Positions 21,721-34,669 of a stretch of 64,000 nucleotides of DNA are shown one piece after another (positions within the stretch are counted from its first letter, which is position 1; each line of letters opens with the position of its first letter). The DNA is from Hemiscyllium ocellatum (lineage: Eukaryota), in assembly GCF_020745735.1 (NCBI RefSeq), contig NW_026867842.1, forward strand, positions 1 through 64,000, read 5' to 3'. The notes under the pieces were generated by a model. It had not been told where the DNA came from. It saw nothing but the letters and a program-made list of their open reading frames with translations, and ran no database searches. The translations under genes and the position numbers were made by a program.

Positions 21721-22699
21721 GGTCTGTGTCTCCGAGCGATGGATTGAGAATGGGCTTTGTGCTGGGGATTGAAGATTAGGCTTTAATCTTCTCAAATCAT
21801 GAATGAAAAACAGCTCAGCTGATTCAGTCTGAGAGGCAGCTCATTCAGATGGCCAAAGTTAAAAAACACACAACACCAGATAATAGTCAACAGGTTTATT
21901 TGGAAGTAAAAGCATTCGGAGTGCTGCCCCTTCATTAGGTAGCTGGAAGGGCAGGATCATTGGGCACAGAATTTATAGCAAATTCAGATAGCAGCTGTAA
22001 AAGGTGAATACTGAGAGTGTATTCTCAGGAAGGGAGGGATTTCAGAGGCAGTGGGCACTGTGCTCCCAAATGTGTTGATCAATTCCGAGGAGATTTTTTG
22101 AATCCAGGGCCAGAGGAGTTGTGGCTGCCTGCCCAGCCAATGCTGGCTCCCCATAGTCATATTTCAGTGGTTAATTAACCCAAAACTAGGTGCAGCAATA
22201 TTACCTTCCAGGGAGGGGAGCTGTCTGAGGGAGGGAGGTTGAATTCTTACAGCCCCAAGAGAGGTTGTGGTGGATTAATGACAGGTATGACCACCATGAA
22301 GGTGCCACCTTCTCTCCCCCTGCTACAGCTGTGATGACCCTCAGGTTAAAAGTGTGACTGCTCTGGGATAATGACCACATTCCTGGGTGATGGAGGGAAG
22401 GCCAACCTCTCCCAAAGGCAGCACAGGCTGGATCGAAGGTGAAACAAGAGTAAGCATGGGGAGATTGAGGATGACAGAAGGAGGGGGTTGGTTGGCAGGT
22501 TGTTATTCAGAGTCAGGTACCAGAGTTTCAGTCCTTCTGACACTCCTCTTTTTTCTTTATTTCTTCTTTTTTTCTTACTTACATGTGGAGAGTCCTTGAC
22601 ACTGATCCAGCTCCCTCAGAGCCAGCTCTCAGAATGTTCAGAACCCCTAACATGCCTGTTTTATTTCACCCCCACACTGCCGCCGAATGCAGGGGAGCT

Positions 22700-22900
22700 T
22701 ATTTTTTTCCCCAGCACCCATGGTGTGTGTGTGTGTAGGTGTGAGACACAGTGAGAGACACAAAGCGCACGAATCTTTATTCAATTTCCACCACCAGGAA
22801 GATAGGAAAACACCCGCGTGGCCAGTGACAAGCAGTGCCCTTCAAATCAAAGGGCAATGTTGTGTGATCAAACAGTGAAGGGGAGGGCAGGGATTAAGAC
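22700..22900 (+). repeat. Unclassified interspersed repeat; also at about 39790-39970 (+) and 51440-51640 (-)
   Basis: Shared 'gtgtgagacacagtga..ctttattca.tttccacc.ccaggaaga..gtggccagtgacaagcagtg..gtgatcaaacagtgaaggg'. Confidence 0.75.
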
Positions 22901-23117
22901 ACTCCTCTTTTTATCTGCCAGCCAGGACTCCTTGATTGGACAAAGTTAACTGTCCCTGTCAGGGAACTCATATTTTATCAAAAAGAATAAACCATTTATT
23001 GAACAAGGAGCTCAAGAGCTAAACGACACGAGACAAAATGAATGGTTTGAAATATTTCATCATGGGCACCACAAATAAGATTTGGGGAAGAATGTTTTCA
23101 CTCAGCGGGTGGTGGGA

Positions 23118-23395
23118 AGGCCGTTTGGCCCAACAAGTCCACACTTATCCTTGGAAGAGTAACCCACCCAAGACCCAATCTCCTATCCCATTACTCTACT
23201 TTTGCCCTGACTAATGAACCTAACCTACACATTCCTGATCACTATGGGCAACATAGCACAGCCAATTCACTTAACCTGCATGTCTTTAGAATGTGGGAGG
23301 AAACCAGAGCACCCAGAGGAAATCTATGCAGACATTTGGAGAATGTACACACTCCACACAGACATTTGCCTGAGGCTGGAATTGAACCTGGGTCA
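23118..23395 (-). mobile_element. Older HE1-like SINE; mirror at about 50950-51230 (+)
   Basis: Diverged V-domain and tail. Confidence 0.75.
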
Positions 23396-23779
23396 AAACA
23401 CTCAGACTGGCCTTGACTTCGCTCCAGCTTCTGCCTCCACTTCAGGCCCCTCCCACTCTGCAACCAAGACTCAGACTGCATTTCCCAGATTCACCCTGAG
23501 TCCAACTGCCTACCTGCAGCCAGCCAGCACACTCGCTCTCCCTCCTCACCCATCCACCCCCACAATGCACCCTATCCCTCCACTTCTCCCTCTTCACCTC
23601 ATCCCCACGTTCCTACTCCCCCATCTCACTCCACAGCCCACCTCCGCCCCAATCTCCTTTCTCTCCAACACCCATTCCCCCGTGCTACACCACAACCAAC
23701 CCTCACCCACTGCATGCCATCACCCTTCCCCCCTCCCCTCTTTCAGCCAACTTGGGCCCCCCCCCCCCCAAAAACCTCA

Positions 23780-26250
23780 ACCCTGAGCTTTGCCCCATAT
23801 TTACTATACCGCCCTGACCTCAAACTCTCTGAGGCCAAAAGGTCCATCCTCAGGAAAGGGCTCACAGTCATTCCCGCCCGACCCCACCTCAATGAAACCC
23901 ACACCCACCACCACGTGGAGCTCTTCTTCCGCCGCCTCAACCTTCGTATCTTCTTCTTTAACAAAAACTTCCAAACTCCCTCTGAGGAACCCTCCTCCCA
24001 TCTCCAACCTTACTCCTACATTTGGTCACCCTCCCCCCCACACCCCCCACCACCAGCCGTGTACACACTCGAGACCTCTTCATTGCTGACTGTTGATGTG
24101 CCATCACCCGCCTGGATTTCTCCCCCCACCCATTCCAACCATACCCCCTCTGATCAAGCACTCCACTCTCTATGTGCCAACCCCTGTTTCACCAACAAAC
24201 CCGCTGACAAATGTGGGGTGGTGTTAGTCTGGAGAACAGACCTAAAAGTCACAGAGGCTGAACCCCAACTCTTAGACACCACGTCCTACCTCCTCCTTGC
24301 CCATAACCCCACTGTGACCCATCAGGCCAAAATCACTCACACTGTCAGTGACCTCATTGCCTCCAGTGATCTCCCCTCCACTGTCTCTCATAGTCCCTCA
24401 GCCCTGCATTGCCCAGTTCTCCCTGGTCCCCAAAATCCACAAGCCCAACTACCCAGTTGACCCATCATCTCAGCATGCCCCTGCCCCACCGAACTCCTCT
24501 CATCCTACCTCAACTCTCCTCCTTGGTTCAGGCACTGCCCACCTACATCGGATACACCAACCATGCCTTCCATCTCTTCAGTAACCTCCAGTTCCTCAGC
24601 CCTAAGTGCTTTATCTCCACGATGGATGTGCAGTCCTTATACATGTCCATACCCCACAAGGATGGCCTCCAGGCCCAACACCTTTCCCACTGCCACAGAC
24701 CCATCCAATACCCTCCTCCGCCTTGTCAAACTGGTCCAGGGGGTGGCCATGGGCACCCGGTTGAGCAATGTCGACCAGTCCCTCTTCAGTGACTATACAG
24801 GCACTGTGCCATTACATCAGTGACTATATCGGTGCAGCATCCTGCATCCAGGCTGAACTGGAGCAGTTCATTGACTTTCCCCACAACTTCCACCCTGTCC
24901 TCTACTTCACTTCATCCATCTCAGACACCTCCCTGCCTTTTCTTCACCTCTCCATTTCCAATTCTGGCGATAATCTTCAAACAGGCAATTACTACACACC
25001 CACTGACTCCCATTACTACCTGGGCTACACCTTCTCCCAACCAGTCTCCTGCAGAACTCCATCCCATTCTCCCAATTCCTCTGCCTCCACTCCATCTGCT
25101 CGGATGAGGAGACATTTCGCTGATCACAGATGTCCACCTCTTATGAACAACATGCTTTTCCTCCTTCTGTCATCCTTCTGTCATCCACTGCACTACCTCC
25201 ATTTCCCGTTCCATTGCTCTGAACCCACCCCCCTCCAAACACAATAAACTCAGAGTCCCCATTGTCCTCAACTATTACCAATCCCTGTACCAATTAACGC
25301 ATCATCCTTAAACGCTTCCACCAACTCCAACTAGACCACACCACCAAGAACATCTTCCTCTCCCCACCCCTGGCTGCCTTCCACAAGGACTGTTCCCTTT
25401 GACAATTCTTGGTTTGTGCCACTTGCCCACCTACCCTCCCGAACCCCCAGGAACCTTCTTTTGCAACACAAAAAGATGCAAAGCCTGCTGGTACACCAAT
25501 CCCTCCCCTCCATCCAGGGCCCCAAACAGTCCTTCCAGGTGAGACATTGCCTCTCCTCCAACCTAGTTTACTGCATCAGGTGCCCGTGATGTGGTCTTCT
25601 CTATATTGGGAAGACAAAATATAATCTGAGGGAACGTTTCACCGAGCATCTCAGCCAGGCTAGCAGGGGCCGACCAGACCTCTCAGTCACCGCCCATTTC
25701 AATTCCCTTCCCATTCCCTTTCCGACATGACCATCATCAGCCTCCTCCATTGCCACAATGAACCAAACCACAAATTGGTGGAACAATACTTCATCTTCCA
25801 TCTGGGCAGCCTACAGCCCAGATGACTCAACATTAAGTTCTCCAATTTCAAATAACCACTCTTCCCTTCCCCCGATTCCCTTCCCAGCCCCTCTCCCTCC
25901 CTTCCACTCCTGCCTGCCACCTACCAGATTCATTCCTCCCATTGACCAGGAGAAAGTGAGGTCTGCAGATGCTGGAGATCAGAGCTGAAAATGTGTTGCT
26001 GAAAAAGCGCAGCAGGTCAGGCAGCATCCAGGGAACAGGAGATTTGACGTTTCGGACATAAGCCCTTCTTCAGGAAAGGCTCCATCTACCTGTCATCACC
26101 TATCCTCACTTAATCATCCTGTCCCCACTACCCCCTTTATCTGCTTCCTCTACACCTAACCCCATTCCTGAAGAAGGATTACACCCAAAACATCAACTTC
26201 TCCACCACCTGATGCTGCCTGCCTTGCTGTGTTCTTCCAGCCTCCTGCCT
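23780..26250 (+). mobile_element. Penelope-like retroelement (RT and GIY-YIG), decayed, with terminal pLTR
   Basis: DLKLSEAKRSILRKGLTVIP, TMDVQSLYMSIPHKDGL, GVAMGTR and NLVYCIRCP.CGLLYIGKTK..LRERFTEHL; frameshifted. Confidence 0.88.
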
Positions 26251-27527
26251 GTCACTGAATGGAACCAGAAAAGGTTTAGACAATCAAGTATCAGGGCCAT
26301 CAACAAATGGGAATGGGACACACTACAGACAGATGCATTGAGACAGTCAATCACAAAGAGAAGACCAAACTGGAAATGAAACACTAATACACAGTGGACG
26401 GAATTTAATGTCAGAAAGTGTGAGACCATACACTTGGGTCAGAATAACCTAAAGGCAGACTATTATTTAAATAGTGAGAGATTCCAACAAAGTGCAGTAC
26501 AGAGTGATCTGGGTAGTATTGTGCATGAAACACAGACAGTTAGTGCAGGAGCAGCAAGTAATCGAGAAGGCAAATGGAATTTTCACCTTTATTGCTGGGG
26601 GTTGGAATTTAAAAGTAGAGAAATCTTGTTAAAACTATCGAGGGTGTTAGTGAGCCTGCATTTGGAGTATTGTTTGCAATTTTGGTCCCTGTATTTAAGA
26701 AAGGATGGACAGCTATTGGAGGCTTCCTCCTGCTCCTATTTCCCATGTCCTTGTGTGCTCCAGTGTCCTTCCCTCACAGCAGAGCTGGTTGGAGCCTGCC
26801 TGCAGTAGCAGCCTCCAGTCTCTGGGTGGTGCTGTGAAAAGATCTGCCTTGCCCAGGCTGTCACAGTTCCCACATCACAACAATGTCTGGTTTTTGGAAG
26901 TATTCCATTGACTGTGAAACATTTCCAAACATCCTAAGTTCAAGAAACGTATAGCATAAATATAATTCTGTCTCCTTTATATTTTATCTCCATGTCTTCC
27001 CAGCTGTCGCCTGACAACATCACACACTTGCGCTAAATCTAGAATGAATCATGAACTCTGGAGAGATTATCTATGACAACACTGGGATTAATAACCACCT
27101 CCTCAGTGGGCTTTGAGGGTGAAGGTCAACAGCAGTCTCACTGGGACTTGATCTGGGTTATCTTGATCGTGATCCAGTCAGTCAGTGTTTTTGTCTGGGT
27201 CCAGACAGTACAGACCAACCTCGGACCCTGTGATCTGATTGAAGTGAAGGGTTAGCTGTGCTGGGCTTTCTCCACATGGCTCACACACATAGTGAAGCAG
27301 GGATTACACATTTCATGAGAGTAAATGGAACTAACAAACTGGTTGGTTGTGACATCCCCAACCTGTCCCCAAGAGAGTGGGGACAGGAACAGTAGTATTC
27401 TCAGACAGAAAGGGTGGCAAACATTATATCCTGCAAGGAGAGCGGAGACAGGAAAAGCGACGCTCCGCAGAGACAGGCGAACAGTAACTGTCTGCTCCCC
27501 ACTTTCTTGTTGTGACATATGCCCTGG

Positions 27528-27627
27528 NNNNNNNNNNNNNNNNNNNNNNNNNNNNNNNNNNNNNNNNNNNNNNNNNNNNNNNNNNNNNNNNNNNNNNNNN
27601 NNNNNNNNNNNNNNNNNNNNNNNNNNN
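27528..27627. other. Assembly gap (100 N, size probably unknown)
   Basis: Run of exactly 100 N. Confidence 0.99.
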
Positions 27628-28739
27628 TTTTTCCCACCTGATGGATGACTACGGGCTGTAGGAGTGATCAGTTATGCGCACACGGACCGGTCAATTAACT
27701 TCTCTTCCTTATGAATTATTGCCTTTCCAATATTGTCTGTCTAATGAAAAGTGTTTAAATCTAATCAAATGCAGTGTTTTTGGTAAAATTTTGTATGAAG
27801 GAACCCTGTTTGTGACAGGAGAGAACTGGTCGCTACTCTCCTAAGTTTTTAGAACCTTAGCTAGTCTGGCTAATAAGTACCAATGAGATGTTATTGGTAA
27901 ATAAAGGGGAAACTAATATTTAACTAAACTGTAAGACTTTTTATTCCAGGGTATGCCAGACTCAGTACGATCGCCAGGACAAACCAAGAGAGGCTTACAA
28001 GTCTGAGGCCACAAGGGATTCCCTGGGCCATCTCAAATCTGTACTTTAACATCAGTGCCTGCTAATTTTCATATAACCTATGTTTGTTGCCTCAAATCTG
28101 TGCTCATCTTTTCCAAATTCTACATGTAAATCCTTCCAATCAAGTTCGTAATTTGCCACATTTTTTAAATGACTCTTTATCCAAGTCACATCCAACACAA
28201 TGACCGAAGTAAATTGTTTTTTTCTCCATCTCAATCTACACACATCTCCATCTACTACACAATCCTCCGAAACACCTCTCCTCTGGTATCCAACTGGCAG
28301 CTCAGGGGCTGTTCTCATTTAGTCCCAATTCTGTGGATGTGTTTGTAGCCAATGAATTTAACCTTTATTCCCTCCTCAACTATGACAGTTATTGAACAGC
28401 TGCTTCAAAAAAAAAACCTTCCATCTAAAAGAACAAAGTCAGATATATGGGAAAACTACTACCTGCAAATTCCCCTTCAAGCCACTCACCATCCTAACTT
28501 AGAAATATACTGACACTCCTTCACTATCACTGGTTCAAAATCCAGGAACTCCACCCAAGGGCACTGCGGATCTACCTACAGCTCACACACTGCAGTGGTT
28601 CAAGACAGCCCACTGCCACCTACTCAAAGGTAACTCGGTGTGAACAATAATGCTGCACCAGCAGGACACACACATCCACTACATTTTTGTTTTCCGTAAT
28701 CACAGATGAGCAGGGATTTCCTCCAACTGTAGATTGAAG

Positions 28740-29420
28740 TAATTGCTTTGAATTCCCGCTCCATTGTAACAGTAGGTGAAGCCAGTCTGGACAGTCTTGG
28801 TGTTAGATTTGACTCTGAGAGGAGCTCCAAGCCTCACTGGGCTGTTCTCTCTGACACTGAGCCGTTCCATTTTGAATTCCCCGCGATCCAAAGACTCGTG
28901 CACCGTGGCCGGTCATGCTGCGCCTGCGCAACGACACATTGGCCGACAGAGGCGCACCTGCGCAATGACATCGCGTCCTATCGTACCGCGCCTGCGCATT
29001 GAGCGGGTAACGTCACGGCTTTCTCTAAAACGTCATTCCCCCCGCTGTCCCGGTCAACCCCGGAGCCGCCATCGGCGGGTCCACCTCCCAAACAATACAC
29101 GGACACAGAGAATACCCTCCCCCACTGAGGGAAAAGGAGGAATTTGTGCAAGGCAATGGAATCGGTCGCACTCCAATTATTATGAACTACTGTTTTAAAC
29201 ATAAGTACAGCTTGAATTATCGGTTTTACTTCAGTCTGTTCAACTTTTTTTTACCGAATAAGGACCAATCGATTCATTGCCGCCATGTTGAGGCGTAAGA
29301 CCAGCAGGAGGTGGTCCCTGTGATCACGTGAGCAATTACCACGTGGTGGGTGGCGTGACGTCACTGGCCCCGCCTCCAGCAGCGCTGATGAATGAATGAG
29401 CTCTTCCCAAGGAAGTAGTG
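28740..29420. promoter_or_regulatory. CpG-rich housekeeping-type promoter, probably firing on the - strand
   Basis: NRF1-like GCGCCTGCGCA at 28920-28930 and 28988-28998; CCAAT 29265-29269; YY1 GCCGCCATGTTG 29279-29290; CACGTG 29325 and 29340; GTGACGTCAC 29355-29364; GC box 29368-29377; AGGAAGT 29410-29416. Confidence 0.7.
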
Positions 29421-30294
29421 ACCCATCCAATCCAGGGTCCAATCCAGGAAGCAGCAAATGCTCACCTCCCAGCGCACACACAGGTGTTCAGTCTTTCCAA
29501 AGGTCAAGTCCACCCACAAAGGACCAGGCTGACCCACAGAGGAATCTTTCCTCTGGAAAGGTGCATTATCTCACAGGGGACTCAGTCCAACATCAAAAAA
29601 CGTGAAGGCACATGCAAAAACAAAACAAAGAAAACCAGAACGCAAGGACCTAGACCTGCCACAAAATCAACATAATCCTTTGAGATTTGGTATTCTTCCA
29701 ATTCTGTCCTGATCAGAACAAAATTAAAAGCTTCAAACAGCATTTCCCTTTTCAGAAAAAGTAAATTGAGTTTGAAAAAACGTCAGCCCCTGAAATGTTA
29801 TCTGTATCTTTCCCCACAAATACTGACTAAACTTGATGGGTACTTCCAGACAATCCTGTTTAGATTAGACACTTTGTGGGAGTGTTATCGGACAAAATAA
29901 AATCACCACGGACCAGATAAGGCATTATGAAACAAGATGACCCAAAGCTTTATTGAAGGATAAGTTTTAAGGAGCAACATGAAAAATGAAAAAGAGACAG
30001 GAAGGCAGTTTCAGAGCTTAGGGCCTCGACAGCTGAGGGAACTGTCTTCAGTGGTGAAATAAATAGGTAGCACAGCCACAATAAGAGACAGGCTGCATGA
30101 GTTGTCCATTTCCCAGCAGCTGAGTCAGTTCACCCAGCAGTTAATTTCTCCTCTCCTGCCTTACCCTACCTCAGGTCATGTGGCATGTAAAAACCTGTAA
30201 TCTGTTTTCCCCTCGCATGTTTGTGGTGTCTGGGTACCATTTACTGCCTGTCCCTAATAGCCCTGGAGAATGGGGTACATGGAGTGTACATTGT

Positions 30295-30609
30295 GGGCGG
30301 CACGGTGGCACAGTGGTTAGCACTGCTGCCTCACAGCTCCAGAAACCTGGATTCAATTCCTGCCTCAGGCGACTGACTGTGTGGAGTTTGCACATTCTCC
30401 CCGTGTCTGCGTGGGTTTCCTCCGGTGCTCCGGTTTCTCCCACAGTCCAAAGATGTGCAGGGTCAGGTGAATTGGCCATGCTAAATTGTCCGTAATGTTA
30501 TGTAAAAGACGTAAATGTAGGGGAATGGGTGGGTTGTGCTTCAGCGGGTCGGTGTGGACTTGTTGGGCCGAAGGGCCTGTTTCCACACTGTAAGTAATCT
30601 AACCTAATT
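30295..30609 (+). mobile_element. Young HE1-like SINE
   Basis: Full head to gtaagtaatct tail. Confidence 0.9.
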
Positions 30610-32500
30610 ACTTCCTCTGGCAGCTTATTTCATACATGCACCACCTTCTGCGTGAAAAAGTTGCCTCTTAAGTCCAATTTATATCTTTCCTCTCTCACCC
30701 TAAACTTGTGTCCTCTAATTCTGGACTTCATGACTCCAGGGAAAAGACTTTGTCGATTCACCCTATTCATGCCCCTCATAATTTTGTAAACCTCTATAAG
30801 GTCACCCCTCAGCCTCCAACGCTCCAGGGAAAACAGCCTCAGCCTAATCAGTCTCTCCCTGTAGCTCAAATCTTTCAACCCAGGCAACAGCCTTGTAAAT
30901 CTTTTCTGAACCCTTTCAAAGTTTCACAACATCCTTCTGATAGGAAGGAGTCCAGAATTGTACGCAATATTCCAAAAGTGGTCTAACAAATGTCCTGTAC
31001 AGCCACAACATGACCTCCCAATTCTCCGTACTCAATACTCTGACCAGTAAAGGAAACACCTCCTTCACTATCCTAACCACCTGCAACTCTATTTTCAAGG
31101 AACTATGAACCTGCACTCCAAGGCCTCTTTGTTCAGCAGCTCTCTGTAGGACCTTACCGTTAAGTGTACAAGTCTTGCTCTGATTTGCTTTTCTAAAATG
31201 CAGCACCTCACATTTATCTAAATTAAACTCCATCTGCAACTCCTCAGCCCATTGGCTATCTGATCAAGATCCCATTGTACTCTGTTGTAACCTTCTTCAC
31301 TGTCCACTACGTTTCCAATTTGGGTGTCATCTGCAAACTTATTAACTATATCTCTTATGTTCACATCCAAATCATTTATATAAATTATGAAAAGTAGTGG
31401 ACCCAGCACCGATCCTTGTGGCACTCCATTGGTCACAGGCCTCCAGTCTGAAAAACAACCCTCCACCACCAGTCTCTGTCTTCTACCTTTGAACCAGTTC
31501 TGTATCCAAATGTCCAGTTCTCCCTATATTCCATGAGATCTGACCTTGCTAACCAGTCTTGCATGAGGAACCTTGTCGAACGCCTTACTGGAGTCCATTT
31601 GGATCACTTGCACTGTTTTGTCCTCATCAATTTTCTTTGTGACTTCTTCAAAAACCCCAATCAAGTTTGTGAGGCATGATTTCCACGCACAAAGCCATAC
31701 AGACTACCCCTAATCAGTCCTTGCCTTTCCAAATGCATGTAAATCCTGTCCCCCTGGATTCCCTCCAATAACTTGCCCACCAACGCCGTCAGGCTGTCTG
31801 GTCTATAGTTCCATGGCTTTTCCTTACCCCTTTTCTTAAACAGGGGCATCACATTAGCCTACCTCCAGGCTTCCGGTACCTCACCTGTGACTATCGATCA
31901 TACAAATATCTTAGCAAAGGGCCCAGCAATCACTTCCCTAGCCTCCCACAGAATTCTAGGGTACACCTGATCAGGTCCTTAGGATTTATCCACTTTTATG
32001 TATTTCAAGACTTTCAGCACCTCCACCTCTGAAATATGAACATTTTCCAAGATGTCACCATCTGTTTCTCCCCATTCTTCCATTTCCTTCTCCACAGTAC
32101 ACTGATGCAAAGTACTCATTTACTATCTCCCCCATCTCCTGTGGTTCTACACATAGGCTGCCTGCTGATCTTTGAGGGGACCTATTCTCTCCCCAGTTCT
32201 CATCCTTTTGTCCTTAATGTATTTAAAAAAACTATTTGGATTCTCCTTAACCCTATTTGACAAGGCTATCGCATGTTCCCTTTTTGCCCTCCTGATTTCC
32301 CTCTTAATTATACTCATGTTGCCTTTATATTCTTCAAAGGATTCACTCGATCTCTGCTGTCTATACCTGACATGTGCTTCCTACTTTTCCTGAACTAAAA
32401 TCTCAATTTCTCAAGTCATCCAACATTCTGTACACCTCTCAGCCTTCCTTTCACCCTAACAGTAATGCACTGTCTCTGGCTTCAATTTTCCTAGCCGTCC
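30610..32500 (-). mobile_element. CR1 ORF2 RT fragment, about 1.9 kb
   Basis: SDWRPVTNGVPQGSVLGPLLFIIYINDLD..KFADDT, NYRPDSLT and LEYCVQFWTP. Confidence 0.92.
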
Positions 32501-32569
32501 CTTGACCTTTCTAGCCGAATACTGTCAAAGTTAGCCTTCCTTCAATTTAGAACTTCAACTTTTAGTTGT

Positions 32570-32872
32570 GGGCGGCACGGTGGCACAGTGGTTAGCACTG
32601 CTGCCTCACAGCGCCTGAGACCCGGGTTCAATTCCCAACTCAGGCGACTGACTGTGTGGAGTTTGCACGTTCTCCCCGTGTCTGCGTGGGTTTCCTCCGG
32701 GTGCTCCGGTTTCCTCCCACCGTCCAAGATGTGCGGTTCAGGTGAATTGGCCATGCTAAATTGCCCGTAGTGTTAGGTAAGGGGTAAACGTAGGGGTATG
32801 GGTGGTTGCGCTTCGGCGGGTCGGTGTGGACTTGTTGGGCCGAAGGCCTGTTTCCACACTGTAAGTAATCTT
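32570..32872 (+). mobile_element. Young HE1-like SINE
   Basis: Near-consensus copy ending in gtaagtaatct followed by an A-run. Confidence 0.9.
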
Positions 32873-33849
32873 AAAAAAAAAAATCCTTTTCCATCATTAT
32901 TTTAAAACTAATAGAATTATGATAGCTGGCCCCAAAGTGCTCCCCCACTGACACCTCAGTCACTTGTCCTGCCTTATTTCCCAAGTGTAGGTCACCCTCT
33001 CTATTTGGTACATCCACATACCGAATCAGAAAAGTGTCTTGATGTTTGATCCTGACTCACTACCCTGAGGAACTCCTGCAATGATGTCCTTGGACTGAGA
33101 TGTTTAAGCTCTATTCCCTCCTCCACTACTTTAGTAATCTCTTCAAAAATTAAATCAGGCAAGTTCCATCAGGCATGACCTATAATTGACAAATCTGTAC
33201 TGCCTGTCTCTGATTAGCCGAACATTTTCAAGGTTTACAGTCACCTTAACCTTACTTATCCACTGTAGTAATTCCATAGCAACAAATGTCATGCTAACAG
33301 GTCTGTAATTCCTTCATTGTCATCTCTCACTTTTCTTAACAGTGGAATGACATGAACAATTTTCCCATTTAAATAAATGCTACCAAATGGAGAGAACTTT
33401 TGAAGATTATAAAGTCAGAGCATCAGAAATGTTCTGACCAGCTTCCTTCAAAATTTGATGATAGAAATCACCTAATCCTGAGGGTTTGTCATCATTTAGT
33501 AACATTATATTCTACGTTGCTGTTGTTAATTTTGAAGAGTGCCCATCACTGAGCCAACATTAATATCCATGGAACAGCCAGCTGGCATCTTCCTCCTCAG
33601 TAGATAATGATACAGTGTAATTCCTTAGTCACTGTGCTCACCTTTCTTACTTTTCATTGGCAATGTCACTATTGTCAATTTCATACTTTGGTCCTGACCA
33701 TCCTGTATTCCATGACATAATTGTAAATAACATTGGATAGCACTAAAGGGTTAAAAGTGAAATTAACAACAGAATCATGAAGTTGTCACGGTGTAGGAGA
33801 TGTCCTTTGGTCCATCGAGTATGTACTAGCTCTCTGAATGAGTGTTATG

Positions 33850-34300
33850 ACTCAGTGCCAATTTCCTGCCTCTTCCCAATGACCCCAGACATTGTTTCTG
33901 TTTAACCAACCGTCCAGTACTCCACATGAACCTGCTTCCACCACAACTCCAGGCTGTGCATTACAGATGCTAATTGCTTGCTGTGTGAGAAGATTTTCTT
34001 CTTGTGTTAATTTTGTTTCTTTGTGAATGACCTTGAATCTGTGCCCCCTCATGCTTGATCCTTTTAGGAGCGGTAACACTTTCTCCCTAGTCACTCTGTC
34101 CAGACCCTCCATGATTTTGAAAGCTTCAACCAAATCTCCTCTCAGCCTTCAACTCTCCAAGGAAAACAGTCTCAATATCTTCCATCTTTCTTCCCAATTG
34201 AAGTACCTCATCCCTGGAATATTCGTGTAAATCACTTCTGGACTCTCTCCAATGTGTTCACATACTTTCCCGAGCATGACTCCCAGAACACAACAGTACA
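33850..34300 (-). mobile_element. CR1 3' fragment
   Basis: GMRYFNWEERWKILRLFSLES and VEAFKIMEGLDRV. Confidence 0.75.
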
Positions 34301-34669
34301 AAACAGAATGCATTAACAATCTAGGAAGTGTGACCCTGCAATAATGAACAGTGGTCAAAGTATGCAAAACTGTACTTAACCAAAATTAGCCACACTTGCT
34401 GAACATAGAACGCAGAACAGGCCCTTCGTCCCTCGATGTTGTGCCGACCATTGAACTAATCTAAGCTTATCCCCCCTACACTATCCCAACATCATCCATA
34501 TGCTTACTAAAGGACTGTTTAAATGCCCCTAATGTGGCTGAGTTAACTACATGGCAGGTAGGGTATTCCATGCCCTTACCACTCTTTGAGTAAAGAACCT
34601 GCGTCTCACATCTGTGTTAAATCTATCACCCCTCAATTTGCAGCTATGCCCACTATGCTTAGAAAAAGA

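Larger units (their letters stand above)
10192..27527 (+). repeat. Left arm of a large inverted segmental duplication
   Basis: 10192 pairs with 64000 and 27527 with 46951 as reverse complements; the ORF track shows dozens of mirrored ORFs. Confidence 0.97.

Noticed and set aside
23214-25250. Long Pro/Ser-rich ORFs as host genes
   Set aside because: They are SINE and Penelope sequence read in or out of frame.
29251-29286. Phosphoglycerate mutase start (MAAMNRLVLIR resembles PGAM MAAYKLVLIRHG)
   Set aside because: A stop follows Arg, the catalytic RHG motif is absent and downstream sequence shows no similarity.
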